Source: Candidatus Thorarchaeota archaeon
GTDB lineage: Archaea > Asgardarchaeota > Thorarchaeia > Thorarchaeales > Thorarchaeaceae
Assembly: GCA_029855935.1 (NCBI GenBank)
Contig: JAGSHN010000012.1
Span: forward strand, 208,869 to 272,868
Direction of reading: 5' to 3'
Length of the DNA stretch: 64,000 bases
Shown here piece by piece: positions 37,447 through 47,062 of this stretch. Position 1 is the first letter of the stretch. Each line of letters starts with the position of its first letter. The notes under the pieces were generated by a model. It saw only the letters and a program-made list of their open reading frames with translations. It was not told the origin of the DNA and made no database searches. The position numbers and the translations under genes are program-made.

Positions 37447-40400
37447 TTGATTCGGCGGCCCCCCTTTCCCGTTCTTGTCATCTTCCTCGTCGTGATTGGT
37501 GGCATTGCGATGCTTCCGACTATGCCTCGCAACACTTCACCTTCGACAGACACCTCCAGTGTTTCGCCTCGTCTGGCCCAGTCGGTATTGGCATCGAACC
37601 GAACCCCTCTCAGATCATTGACGGCCGTCGTCAGCGATCCCACCTCCATCACGGACGAGCTCGCGTACATCGCCGCAGTGCCAACCGGTGTGTTCTATGC
37701 CGCAGGAAAACAATATGTTTCCCCTGTCCTGATGGTCGATGGCTCCCGGTCCGAATCGTGGCTTGTCGATGACTGGGTCGAATATCTTGAGACTGACGGG
37801 GGTACCACACAGTTCACGGTCATTGGGCCCTCCCCTAGTGGTGACATTGACTCCATCTGGGCTCGTCTTGGCGCCCAGCCGTTTCCGTGGATTCAGTCAG
37901 CCTCGCCGTACGATGTGGCTGCACAGCTTGCCGTCGCCAACTGGAGACACTCCGATACGGCCGTTGTGGCAGTTGTTGAGTCAGGCTTCAGTCCTCTGGT
38001 CACCACAAGCGACTCATCATCCTTCACGTTGTCAGACGACCCGATGACGGAGATTCATCCCTCGGTCACAGTCACGTCCTCGGACCCTGTTCAGGTCAAG
38101 TTCACTCCTCCAACTGGGACTGGCTGGATACAGGCATCATTCGATTGGACCGGGTCGGCATATTTCACTCACACACTCACCGACCCCAACGGGGTAATCG
38201 TAGACTACTCGGTCCGCAGCCAGACCTATCAGGAGCGATTCTCCTCCTACGTGGACCACCCAGTGCCGCTCCAGTTCTGGGTGCCGTGTACAGCGGAGGG
38301 CGAGTGGACGCTCACATTGTATCCTGAGGTGGACATCTCCTCTCCTGTTCCGCTCGATAGCACTATAGTCTTTCATCCCGGGCGTTCGGTGACCATCACC
38401 GTGCCAGCCAACGCACGATCTCTTGAGGTGAGTGCATCGTGGGATAATGCCGCGACCGACATCAACCTGGCACTGATCGATCCCACTGGGCATCTGAGTG
38501 CATGGGCCCCAGCTGGCAGTGTGATATCAAATCCTGGGTCAGAGAGCGCCTCTGTGGACTTTCCTATGCCCGGTGAGTGGACTCTCATTGCCGCATGGCT
38601 CAATGCTACAGGAGAGACAAACAATGGTCAGTTCGAGTGGGATATCACAACAATTGATGGAAACCTCGGAACCTACATGGAATCCGCCGCGAACGGTGCG
38701 GTCTTGGCCTCGCTCTTGAACGCACCTCTACTGTACGTCACTCCGTCCGATGTACCGGATGTCACTCTGTGGGCCATCCAGCGTCTGGGTGTTTCCTACC
38801 TCTTCCTTGTCGATCCGTCCTCCATGCAGACCTCCTCGCTGCTCTCGACACTGAGCGCAGAAGCGTTTGTCACCAATCTGAACAACTATCCCCTTGTTTC
38901 TCACTGGATTCGGGTTCTCTCCTCCACCTATGACGTCGTGGTGACAGCACCACTCGGTGCCGGCGACGAGCTCTTCGCAGCAGCCGCCTATTCAGGGGCG
39001 GTCCACGGCGCACCAGTGTTCTCGCTGTGTGGTGACGACAATCTCGTGACTACCCGTGCCGCAGCGACTTGGGTGCCATATCTCATCGGACCTGAGATTG
39101 ACGTCTATGTGACGAGCAGATACACGACGAGGACCGAGAACGGTTGGTACGACGAGCGAATACCCAACCGATACGCGATGGAGCTCTCCGCCACCACCTT
39201 CAAAGACTTTCTCGATGGCCGGAATGCGTACAATGAGAGTGAACCTCAGTCGGTCGTCATTCTCTCGCCTGTTGATGTGATCAAGCCGAGCTTTGATCGC
39301 TCTCTTCAGAGTCACTTCTCGCCTGGTCGAATCCCGGCCACGACCGCAGCACTGGCCACCGTGATGGTGGCGCGTGCGGCACTCCACCGTTTTCTGTTTC
39401 TTATCGCCGACTCTGCTGAAGACGCACTGGTGACTATGTATGCCTACACTCAGGACGCTGGCTTCGTGGATAACAACTTCAACTACTACGTAGTCGACCA
39501 GTACGAGAACTCGACACGTATCATTCAGGAGTCCGGTCTCACCGCTCTGTCGCACATTGGCGTGGATGAGGTGTTCTCAGCAATTGCTTCGCAGGTGTCA
39601 CTGTGGACAATCAGTACGCACGGGACACTGACTAGATATCCTACGGATCCGCCTGAGCGGCCAGGCGGCACGGGCCTCTTCTCTCTGCGTGATGTTGATG
39701 CGCCCTATGGTATGGAGACATCCTCCGAACGTGACGCGAATGGCGACCATCTCGTCAATCCAGTTCTCTTCGATCCCGAGGCCTCGCATCACGTCATCAA
39801 GAACACCGACGACCTTGAGGGTGCTGTGGACAACATCGGTTCTCCCATTGTGATCATCACTGCCTGCCTGCTGGGCGGTTCCCGGCTACCGCTGATGCTC
39901 ATGGAGCACGGTGCAGTCGGCGTTGTCGCCTCTCCGCGTACCGTCTATTTCCAGCCTGCTGCAATGCTGTCCCTCTTCTTGATGGACCGCCTGAGGGAGG
40001 ATGCTCCCATTGGTCAGGCGCTCAGCTATGCCGTACGAATGGTCTCAATCGACTATACGGACCCGTTGCCCTCAGGCGACCCACGCGACTACGCCAATCA
40101 GCATATTCTCTATGGAGACCCTGGGGTCAGGCTGTTCGCCCCTTCGACCGACCCGCACGTGCCCGCTGTCGACGCCAACACTCTGGATATCAGTGGTCAC
40201 AGACCGGGGCGTGGTCTACCACTTGTGGCGGCGGTCGCTGACAATACGACCCTTCCCACGCTGCTGGAGGGTCAGTCCGTGGATCACATCACCTACACCT
40301 CGTCGAACATCTCAGCTCTCTCACCGTGGATGTTCCTCCATCGCGCTGTCATCATCGAGCCTGACTACTCTGCCGCGCTTGCAGGCAGTCTCCAAGCGAT

Positions 40401-41286
40401 GTCCGTGTCGCTGCACGAGTATGTCCGCGGAGGAGGCGCGCTCGTTGTGATGGGAGTCACACCCGAGTCGACGTGGATACCCTGGCCTGTCTCATATGAT
40501 GGTTCCCAGACGGGTGAGATCATATCGATTGACGATCCTGGCCATCCTCTTGTCTCTCTACCGAACAGCATCCCCGAGAGTACTCCGTATGCGGGTGTTC
40601 TCACAGGCCTGTGGGAGAACTTCACAGTCGTGGCATCCACTTCAGACGGCCAGGGCGCAGTGATGGTGGCTGGAGTGATGGGTCACGGCAAGATTGCCCT
40701 GATGACCCTCAGGCCCACTGGGGACGCGCTGGCAGCACTAGCTCAGAATGTTGCAACATGGTATGTCCGGCCGTCAATCTTTCTCTCCTCTCTGTCCCTC
40801 AGCGAATACATCATCTGGGGTGGTGACAGAGTCTCGGTGCTGATTCACCTCCTTGATGGTGAGGGTCGTGGAGTGACGGGCGCCAGTATTCGTGCATCGA
40901 TAAACTCCTCAGATGTCAGTGCCTACGTATCGGAGACTGGCGACGGCTACTATCAGATACTGTTGGACGAGGGGTGGACAACTGCGCACCCAGGTGTCCT
41001 CACAATTCGTATTGAGGCCTCCAAGGAGGGCTATGACACTCTTACAGCCATCATTCCCGGCTTCATGTACATTCGTCCCTCGCCGTGGCTGGCCATAGGG
41101 ATTGTCGGCGCCGTCTTTGCCGGAATCATGGTCCTGTACGTATATCGGAAGCGGAAGAGGGGCGAGAGGGTCCTGCCGTCTCTTCGTCGCGGAAAGAAGT
41201 CGAGGCATAGGCCACCGAGAGAGGGCAAGAAGCGTCCCGAGAAGGCGGAGAAGGAGGAGGACTTGAAAGAGTTCTTTGGGGTGTGA
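37447..41286 (+). CDS. large surface protein (1279 aa) with putative clan-CD (caspase/CHAT/gingipain-like) peptidase domain, C-terminal TM anchor and polybasic cytoplasmic tail
   Basis: N-terminal signal/anchor MIRRPPFPVLVIFLVVIGGIAML. Candidate catalytic dyad after hydrophobic strands: …SLWTISTHGTL… and ~70 aa later …SPIVIITACLLGGS…. C-terminus …WLAIGIVGAVFAGIMVLYVYRKRKRGERVLPSLRRGKKSRHRPPREGKKRPEKAEKEE…. Confidence 0.55.
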   Translation: MIRRPPFPVLVIFLVVIGGIAMLPTMPRNTSPSTDTSSVSPRLAQSVLASNRTPLRSLTAVVSDPTSITDELAYIAAVPTGVFYAAGKQYVSPVLMVDGSRSESWLVDDWVEYLETDGGTTQFTVIGPSPSGDIDSIWARLGAQPFPWIQSASPYDVAAQLAVANWRHSDTAVVAVVESGFSPLVTTSDSSSFTLSDDPMTEIHPSVTVTSSDPVQVKFTPPTGTGWIQASFDWTGSAYFTHTLTDPNGVIVDYSVRSQTYQERFSSYVDHPVPLQFWVPCTAEGEWTLTLYPEVDISSPVPLDSTIVFHPGRSVTITVPANARSLEVSASWDNAATDINLALIDPTGHLSAWAPAGSVISNPGSESASVDFPMPGEWTLIAAWLNATGETNNGQFEWDITTIDGNLGTYMESAANGAVLASLLNAPLLYVTPSDVPDVTLWAIQRLGVSYLFLVDPSSMQTSSLLSTLSAEAFVTNLNNYPLVSHWIRVLSSTYDVVVTAPLGAGDELFAAAAYSGAVHGAPVFSLCGDDNLVTTRAAATWVPYLIGPEIDVYVTSRYTTRTENGWYDERIPNRYAMELSATTFKDFLDGRNAYNESEPQSVVILSPVDVIKPSFDRSLQSHFSPGRIPATTAALATVMVARAALHRFLFLIADSAEDALVTMYAYTQDAGFVDNNFNYYVVDQYENSTRIIQESGLTALSHIGVDEVFSAIASQVSLWTISTHGTLTRYPTDPPERPGGTGLFSLRDVDAPYGMETSSERDANGDHLVNPVLFDPEASHHVIKNTDDLEGAVDNIGSPIVIITACLLGGSRLPLMLMEHGAVGVVASPRTVYFQPAAMLSLFLMDRLREDAPIGQALSYAVRMVSIDYTDPLPSGDPRDYANQHILYGDPGVRLFAPSTDPHVPAVDANTLDISGHRPGRGLPLVAAVADNTTLPTLLEGQSVDHITYTSSNISALSPWMFLHRAVIIEPDYSAALAGSLQAMSVSLHEYVRGGGALVVMGVTPESTWIPWPVSYDGSQTGEIISIDDPGHPLVSLPNSIPESTPYAGVLTGLWENFTVVASTSDGQGAVMVAGVMGHGKIALMTLRPTGDALAALAQNVATWYVRPSIFLSSLSLSEYIIWGGDRVSVLIHLLDGEGRGVTGASIRASINSSDVSAYVSETGDGYYQILLDEGWTTAHPGVLTIRIEASKEGYDTLTAIIPGFMYIRPSPWLAIGIVGAVFAGIMVLYVYRKRKRGERVLPSLRRGKKSRHRPPREGKKRPEKAEKEEDLKEFFGV

Positions 41287-41379
41287 AATGCGCAAAATGA
41301 CCCTGTTCTGAGCATCTGGGGACAAGAAGATTTTATAGCATTGCTCGTGGAGATTCCATCTGCTCCGAGAGGTATTGGT

Positions 41380-41742
41380 ATGACGAGTCGCGTCGAGAAG
41401 ATCAATGCTGCAATCCGGGACTTCGACACTGTCCCAGGCGTGGAGGGCGCCGCCCTTGTCTCGCTCGATGGTCTAATGATTGCCTCAGCACTGCCCGAGA
41501 GTGAACAGGAGCGAGTGGCTGCAATCAGTGCAGCAATTCTCTCCCTTGGCGAGAAGGCGACAAAGGAGCTCTATCGTGGAACCCTTCAGGAGATATACGT
41601 GAAGGGGGACAAGGGCTACACCTTGATGACATCTGTTGGCGATACGGCACTGCTTCTCGTTCTTGCCAAGGCCGACGCTCAAGTGGGACTGATATTCGTC
41701 GATATGAAGCGTCTCGCCTCCAGCTTGGTGGAGATTCTCTGA
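41380..41742 (+). CDS. Roadblock/LC7 (MglB-like) domain protein
   Basis: MTSRVEKINAAIRDFDTVPGVEGAALVSLDGLMIAS…KGYTLMTSVGDTALLLVLAKAD is the canonical Roadblock pattern. GAGAGG RBS-like before ATG 41380. Confidence 0.7.
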   Translation: MTSRVEKINAAIRDFDTVPGVEGAALVSLDGLMIASALPESEQERVAAISAAILSLGEKATKELYRGTLQEIYVKGDKGYTLMTSVGDTALLLVLAKADAQVGLIFVDMKRLASSLVEIL

Positions 41743-41769
41743 GGGCCATCTCACAGGTGTGGGCCCGGA

Positions 41770-43008
41770 CTATGATCTCACTCTGCTGGTAATCTCGTCG
41801 ACTATGCGACGCGCCACCTCTCTCTTGGGCGCAAGCTCGACCTTCTTGATCAGTCCCTCAGGGCCAACGATGACGACCTCGTTTGTGTCCGTGCCGAAGG
41901 CAACGCCTCTTCTTCTCTCATCGTTGGCCACCATCAGGTCACACACGCCCGCGTCGATCTTTTGCTTGGCACGACTCACCAGTTCCTCATCGCTGACACC
42001 GGACTCGACCTTGAATCCCACAATGAACAGGTCCGGATGAGTGGACCGCACCTCATCGATGATCTTCTTTGTCGGTACAAGGACCACCTCGTAGGGCTCG
42101 CCTGAGGGGCGTTTCCTGTCCTCTCGCTCGCGAGGTGTGAAGTCCAAAACGGCAGCTGCAGACACGAAGAGTGAGGCCTCTGTTCTCTCAAGGGCATCCC
42201 TGACGGCGGAGAGCATCTCCTCTGGCGTGTCGACCCTCACGGTCTCCACTGTGGCTGGCGGTTTCTCGCAGGTCGGGCCCAGCACCAACACCACCTCGCC
42301 ACCACGCAGGGAGATCTCACGTGCTATCTCAATCCCCATCTTCCCTGAGGACGGGTTTGTCACGAATCTGACCCTGTCTATCCAGCCACGTGTTGGTCCA
42401 GCAGTGACAACAGCTTTGACGCCCTGCATGTCGTTTGGCCCGAGTATGCGCAACACGTGTTCCAGTATTGTCTCGGTGTCCGGTATCTTTGCCTTGGCCT
42501 CCTCCATCCTTGGCGTCAGGACTGTGACACCGAAACGCCGCAGACGCTGGATGTTCTCGGTCACCGCTGGATGGTCATATAGCGACCTGTGCATAGCTGG
42601 GACGACAATGACAGGGATTCCAGCACCAATTGCTGAGGAGACGGTTGTGGTGACCGGTGTGTCGTCGATACCGTTAGCAATCTTGCCTATGGTGTTAGCA
42701 GTCGACGGCGAGACTATGACGAGGCTGGCTGCGTCATCGTGTTTGCCTGCGAGCGTGACATGTTCTATCTGTCCGGTCAGCTCCGTGACAACAGGATTGC
42801 CCGTCGCCCACTCCATCAGATAGGGGTGGATGATCCTCTGGGCTGTGGGGCTCATCACAACGTGAACATCGGCTCCGTGGCGCATCAACAGCCTTGCAAG
42901 TGAGGGACATTCCACAGCTGCGACGCTGCCTGTCACGCAGAGAACAATCTTCTGACCATCAAGTGAATGGCTCAGTGTTGAGGTGATTAGTTTTGACGTG
43001 TGTTCCAT
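41770..43008 (-). CDS. coaBC: bifunctional phosphopantothenoylcysteine decarboxylase / phosphopantothenate-cysteine ligase
   Basis: N-terminal flavoprotein KIVLCVTGSVAAVECPSLARLL…PAMH. C-terminal ligase VTAGPTRGWIDRVRFVTNPSSGKMG. Start set at MEHTSK…. Confidence 0.85.
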   Translation of the reverse strand: MEHTSKLITSTLSHSLDGQKIVLCVTGSVAAVECPSLARLLMRHGADVHVVMSPTAQRIIHPYLMEWATGNPVVTELTGQIEHVTLAGKHDDAASLVIVSPSTANTIGKIANGIDDTPVTTTVSSAIGAGIPVIVVPAMHRSLYDHPAVTENIQRLRRFGVTVLTPRMEEAKAKIPDTETILEHVLRILGPNDMQGVKAVVTAGPTRGWIDRVRFVTNPSSGKMGIEIAREISLRGGEVVLVLGPTCEKPPATVETVRVDTPEEMLSAVRDALERTEASLFVSAAAVLDFTPREREDRKRPSGEPYEVVLVPTKKIIDEVRSTHPDLFIVGFKVESGVSDEELVSRAKQKIDAGVCDLMVANDERRRGVAFGTDTNEVVIVGPEGLIKKVELAPKREVARRIVDEITSRVRS

Positions 43009-43311
43009 CCCACTCACACCTCTCTCTCTATCACCGACCCTGATAAAGTGAGCCCACCTGTTGAGTTGGCCTGCCTCTCTCCTCTCGGAATCCTTCAACC
43101 ACTATCACGTCATCTCACGTTTCTCTTAGACCTAGCACACGTGTTGGCAGGATCTCACACAATTCTTGGTGTTGGTCAGCTGGCGGTTAGCAAAGAATAT
43201 ATGCAGCTCAGATTCCTTGGCGATATGTTGTTGTGTCGCAATGTGTCCGCCCCAAGGCGTTTGATACCTCTCTATGTGTGCGGGGTGGGATAGTACAGCG
43301 ACTGTCGTCAG

Positions 43312-44160
43312 GTGGGTGCACATACTTTGGCTAATATGCCTGTGGACTGGCATTCGATACTATCTCGGTTTCCGTCCGAGAAGCGTGCCCGTTTCCAGGC
43401 ATATGCGAACACAATGGCCGAGATGGGTACTCCCACCCAGTCGCTCTTCATCCTTGACAGCGACAACGAGTTTGACACGTTCCTTCGTGACTTTGATGAG
43501 TTTCTGACAGTCATCGGCAACATGCCTGAGCGTGGGCGCCCATATCACGTTCTGAAGATTGGCTATGACGGGGACATGCTCGACGACCTGTTTCGCCTTG
43601 TTGTCTCGGAGGAGGCCAGTAGCTTCCATCCTGCAGAGCTCGATGCCAGTCTATTGTATTCGAAGCAGGCAATCTTCCAGCACCTATACCAAGTCGTTTC
43701 AAAGAGGAAATTCCTGATATTTCACATCACAGAGTTTCCGCTCGCCTATTACTTTGAGACGGCTGTGGCGGTGGACGTCGAGGAACTCAGTGATGTGATG
43801 GACCCTGCCACTCACGACCAGACAATCGTACGGTACCTCAATGACCTACGTACGAAGGGGGCCGAGGAACACCGCCGCACGTACAGCTTCTTCTACAGGA
43901 TCAGCACGTCCCTACTTATGGAACTGTCCAATGCCTTTCTTGTCGTTCCGACAGCAGGCATGTATCGCCACTTTGTTGTTTCAAGCTGGCGGACCCAGAC
44001 GCTACTACTGGGCTTCAGTCCCCTCACGTGGAGCTCTGGAAGCTTCAATGTCTACGATCTCAGCGGCAGGGACATCGATGCCCGGTGGGCCTATCCTGCT
44101 CCTCTGACCGATGACCCCCGTGAGAAGGGCTACACAAGCCTCGTTCCCATTGAGCGTTGA
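43312..44160 (+). CDS. hypothetical protein embedded in CoA-biosynthesis cluster
   Basis: 282-aa ORF with no recognisable motif. Lies between divergent coaBC and the pantoate-kinase-like gene. Confidence 0.3.
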   Translation: MGAHTLANMPVDWHSILSRFPSEKRARFQAYANTMAEMGTPTQSLFILDSDNEFDTFLRDFDEFLTVIGNMPERGRPYHVLKIGYDGDMLDDLFRLVVSEEASSFHPAELDASLLYSKQAIFQHLYQVVSKRKFLIFHITEFPLAYYFETAVAVDVEELSDVMDPATHDQTIVRYLNDLRTKGAEEHRRTYSFFYRISTSLLMELSNAFLVVPTAGMYRHFVVSSWRTQTLLLGFSPLTWSSGSFNVYDLSGRDIDARWAYPAPLTDDPREKGYTSLVPIER

Positions 44161-44270
44161 GCTCTGCTGCATTGTTCTGTCTGTGCGAATCAGCCGGCCC
44201 GCCGCTCAGGCGGCTCTAGGTCCTCTCACTACCGATGCGACGATGCGGTCCACACTGTCGCACCAGCTGA

Positions 44271-44320
44271 TGTATATATATTATATATCCAGCGAGTCCT
44301 GTATGTAGAAAATCTATATA
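44271..44320 (+). promoter_or_regulatory. AT-rich promoter-like region (TATA-box candidates) upstream of pantoate kinase gene
   Basis: TGTATATATATTATATAT (44271-44288) and AAAATCTATATA (44309-44320) form a conspicuous AT island in a GC-rich genome, 20-70 nt upstream of ATG 44341. Confidence 0.35.
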
Positions 44321-44340
44321 CCCGCCCTCACTGAGCAAGT

Positions 44341-45276
44341 ATGGAACAAGACTTGACCGGCACTATACTTCAGGCACAGGCGTTCGTCCCCGGTCATATC
44401 ACGGGCATCTTCCGCATATTTGATGACTGCGCGGACCTGCTCCGTTGCGGATCGAGAGGCGGAGGCTTCTCGGTTGCCGTGGGGACGAGGACGACGGTCG
44501 TGCTTGAGCCTGAGGTCCCCAGCAAGATTGTGGTGCGATACAACGGAGAAGATGTTGACGCCCCGGTTACCACGACTGTGGTGAGGGAGATGTTGAAGGC
44601 CTACAATGTGGAGGCAAGGATTCGGGTAGATCATGACTCTGACCTGCCCATAGGAGTCGGCTTTGGTGCCTCCGGCGCTGGGGCCCTCGGTACCGCTCTT
44701 GCTCTTGGTTCGCTTCTCGACAGCGACATTGACATAGTCGCAGCCGGTCAGTACGCCCACAGAGCAGAGGTCGTCAATCACACGGGATTGGGCGATGTAA
44801 TTGCCCAGACTGTCGGAGGGGTTGAGGTCCGGACGGAGCCTGGAGCGCCAGGCGTCGGCAAGGTCACGAGGGTTTCATACCCGGAGGATCTACGCGTCGT
44901 GCTTGCTGGAGCTGAGGGGCTCTACACGAGGGACGTGCTGACCAATCCCGAGAGCCGACAGAGAATCAACGATGTGGGCGACACGCTCCTGAGGTCACTT
45001 CTTCGACAGCCCACCTTTGAAGCACTCATAGATGTGTCCAAGGAGTTCGCCCTGTCCACAGGGCTGATGACAGAACGCGTGAGGTCTGCGCTTGAGGAAC
45101 TCTGGGACATAGGTCTCGACGCATCAAGTATGGTAATGCTCGGCGATTCTGTCTTCTGTGTCTGTGACCCGTCGGAGACGGAAGTGGCAGAGCGTGTCCT
45201 CTCAGAGCACTGGGACAGTTCCCTCATCGCAGTGACATCGATTGCTACGAATGGCGGAGGCCTGATTGGACCGTGA
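44341..45276 (+). CDS. GHMP-family kinase, probable pantoate kinase (archaeal CoA pathway)
   Basis: GHMP motif LPIGVGFGASGAGALGTALAL. ~310 aa. Immediately followed (4-nt overlap) by a phosphopantothenate-synthetase-like gene and panE. Confidence 0.6.
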   Translation: MEQDLTGTILQAQAFVPGHITGIFRIFDDCADLLRCGSRGGGFSVAVGTRTTVVLEPEVPSKIVVRYNGEDVDAPVTTTVVREMLKAYNVEARIRVDHDSDLPIGVGFGASGAGALGTALALGSLLDSDIDIVAAGQYAHRAEVVNHTGLGDVIAQTVGGVEVRTEPGAPGVGKVTRVSYPEDLRVVLAGAEGLYTRDVLTNPESRQRINDVGDTLLRSLLRQPTFEALIDVSKEFALSTGLMTERVRSALEELWDIGLDASSMVMLGDSVFCVCDPSETEVAERVLSEHWDSSLIAVTSIATNGGGLIGP

Positions 45277-46085
45277 GCGACATAGAGATTCCGGAAGACC
45301 ACCCACGACGGGTGTCGCTTGAGATACGTCACAAGATAATCCGCGGCCATGGGTTGAACATCGTCGCAACAGCGGGGCTTCTCGCTCACGGCCGGGGTGA
45401 GGCCTTCGACTACCTATTGGGAGAGCGGACGACGGAGATTGCGAGGCGGGCTGCAGAGGTTGCCGTGGCCACTATACTTCTTGCGGAGCATCCTGTAATC
45501 AGTGTCAATGGAAATGTATGTGCGCTCGTGCCTGAGGAGATGGTCGAGCTCTCGCGTCTGACTGGGGCCCCGCTGGAGATCAATCTCTTCTACTATCGGC
45601 CTGAGCGGGAGAGGGCGATACGTGAGGCACTGCTGAGGGCGGGCGCCAGTGAGATTCTTGGTACTTCTGACCGGCCGTCCACCACGATTCCCGAACTCAG
45701 TAGCAATCGCAGAAAGGTAGATCCTGAGGGGATTGGCAGTGCTGATGTTGTGCTTGTTCCGCTTGAGGACGGTGATCGGACGGAGGCCCTTCGCCGGATC
45801 GGGAAGCAGGTGATCACGATCGACCTCAACCCGATGAGTCGTACCGCGAGATACGCCAACATCTCGATTGTAGACAACATAGTCCGTGCCCTTCCACTGA
45901 TGGTGGAGCTTGCTAGGGATATGCGTTCCCTGAGCCGCCAAGAGCTGGAATCGATAGTGGCTGGGTTCGACAATGGTCGCAACCTGCAGACTGCTGTGCG
46001 GACCATCCTGCAACATCTCAAGGAGCAGGCAGAGGCTGTGAGAAGTCCTCTCGAATTGGAGGTCCTAGAGGAGGTAGTGGATTGA
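45273..46085 (+). CDS. probable 4-phosphopantoate--beta-alanine ligase (archaeal phosphopantothenate synthetase family)
   Basis: ~270-aa protein (…IIRGHGLNIVATAGLLAHGRGEAFDYLLGER…) in the position where archaeal PPS sits next to PoK. Assignment is mainly by context. Confidence 0.5.
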   Translation: MSDIEIPEDHPRRVSLEIRHKIIRGHGLNIVATAGLLAHGRGEAFDYLLGERTTEIARRAAEVAVATILLAEHPVISVNGNVCALVPEEMVELSRLTGAPLEINLFYYRPERERAIREALLRAGASEILGTSDRPSTTIPELSSNRRKVDPEGIGSADVVLVPLEDGDRTEALRRIGKQVITIDLNPMSRTARYANISIVDNIVRALPLMVELARDMRSLSRQELESIVAGFDNGRNLQTAVRTILQHLKEQAEAVRSPLELEVLEEVVD

Positions 46086-47062
46086 AGATTGTGATAATGG
46101 GTGCGGGCGCGATTGGAAGCCTCTATGGCGGTCTTCTCCGTCTTGCGGGTCACGATGTTATATTGATTGGGCGTCCCCCACACGTGAGTGCGATTCACGA
46201 GTCGGGGCTTCACATAGATGGTGTGATGGGACGGCATGTTGTCCCCATACCCGCCTGTGACTGCGCTCGCGAGGTCACCGACGCAGACTTCGTGGTTATC
46301 ACGACCAAGTCTTATGACACGGCCGAAGCAGCCTCTGAGGTGGCGCATATTGTAGATGGCGGTGCTACCGTAGTGGTGCTCCAGAATGGTCTGGGTACGG
46401 AACGTATTGTCGAGAAGGAGCTTGCCACCAAACGAGTCCTGCGAGCCACGACCTGTATGGGGGCAGTTGTTTCCTCTCCGGGTCACGTAGTCGCGACTGG
46501 CAGTGGTCTGACCGAGGTCGGCACCCATCATACTGAGAACGCTGAGGCTCTCTCTGTCTTTGTGAACATTCTTCGGGACGCAGGTTTCAATGTCCGGGCA
46601 TCTGACAATGTCGACGGAGTGGTCTGGACAAAGGCCATTGTCAACTGCGGTATCAATCCTGTCGGCGCTCTCACGGGCCTGACGAACGGCGAGATCTACC
46701 GGAGTCGGCATCTCCGTCATGTTGTAATCGAGCTTGTCAATGAGGCTGTGTCTGTGGCTACGGCATTGGGCGTGTGCCTGACGACCGATGACCCGATTCG
46801 CTATACCCTTGGTACTGCAAAGGCGACAGCCGAGAACTTCAATTCGATGCTTATGGACATCCAGATGGGCAAGAGGACGGAGATTGACTATCTGACGGGA
46901 GCAGTGCTCCAGATTGGCGAACAGCTCGGGCTTGATCTCCCGGTAAGTGCGACGGTCTACGCGCTTGTGAAGGCCATCGAACGACGTGCCGTCGGAACGG
47001 AGGCTGAGGCTGCGGAGTTCTTCGCTCCACCAGAGCTTGTAGGACTCATATCGGGCCTGTGA
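46082..47062 (+). CDS. panE: 2-dehydropantoate 2-reductase (ketopantoate reductase)
   Basis: MKIVIMGAGAIGSLYGG Rossmann start. ApbA/PanE-like length and C-terminal helical domain. Confidence 0.75.
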   Translation: MKIVIMGAGAIGSLYGGLLRLAGHDVILIGRPPHVSAIHESGLHIDGVMGRHVVPIPACDCAREVTDADFVVITTKSYDTAEAASEVAHIVDGGATVVVLQNGLGTERIVEKELATKRVLRATTCMGAVVSSPGHVVATGSGLTEVGTHHTENAEALSVFVNILRDAGFNVRASDNVDGVVWTKAIVNCGINPVGALTGLTNGEIYRSRHLRHVVIELVNEAVSVATALGVCLTTDDPIRYTLGTAKATAENFNSMLMDIQMGKRTEIDYLTGAVLQIGEQLGLDLPVSATVYALVKAIERRAVGTEAEAAEFFAPPELVGLISGL

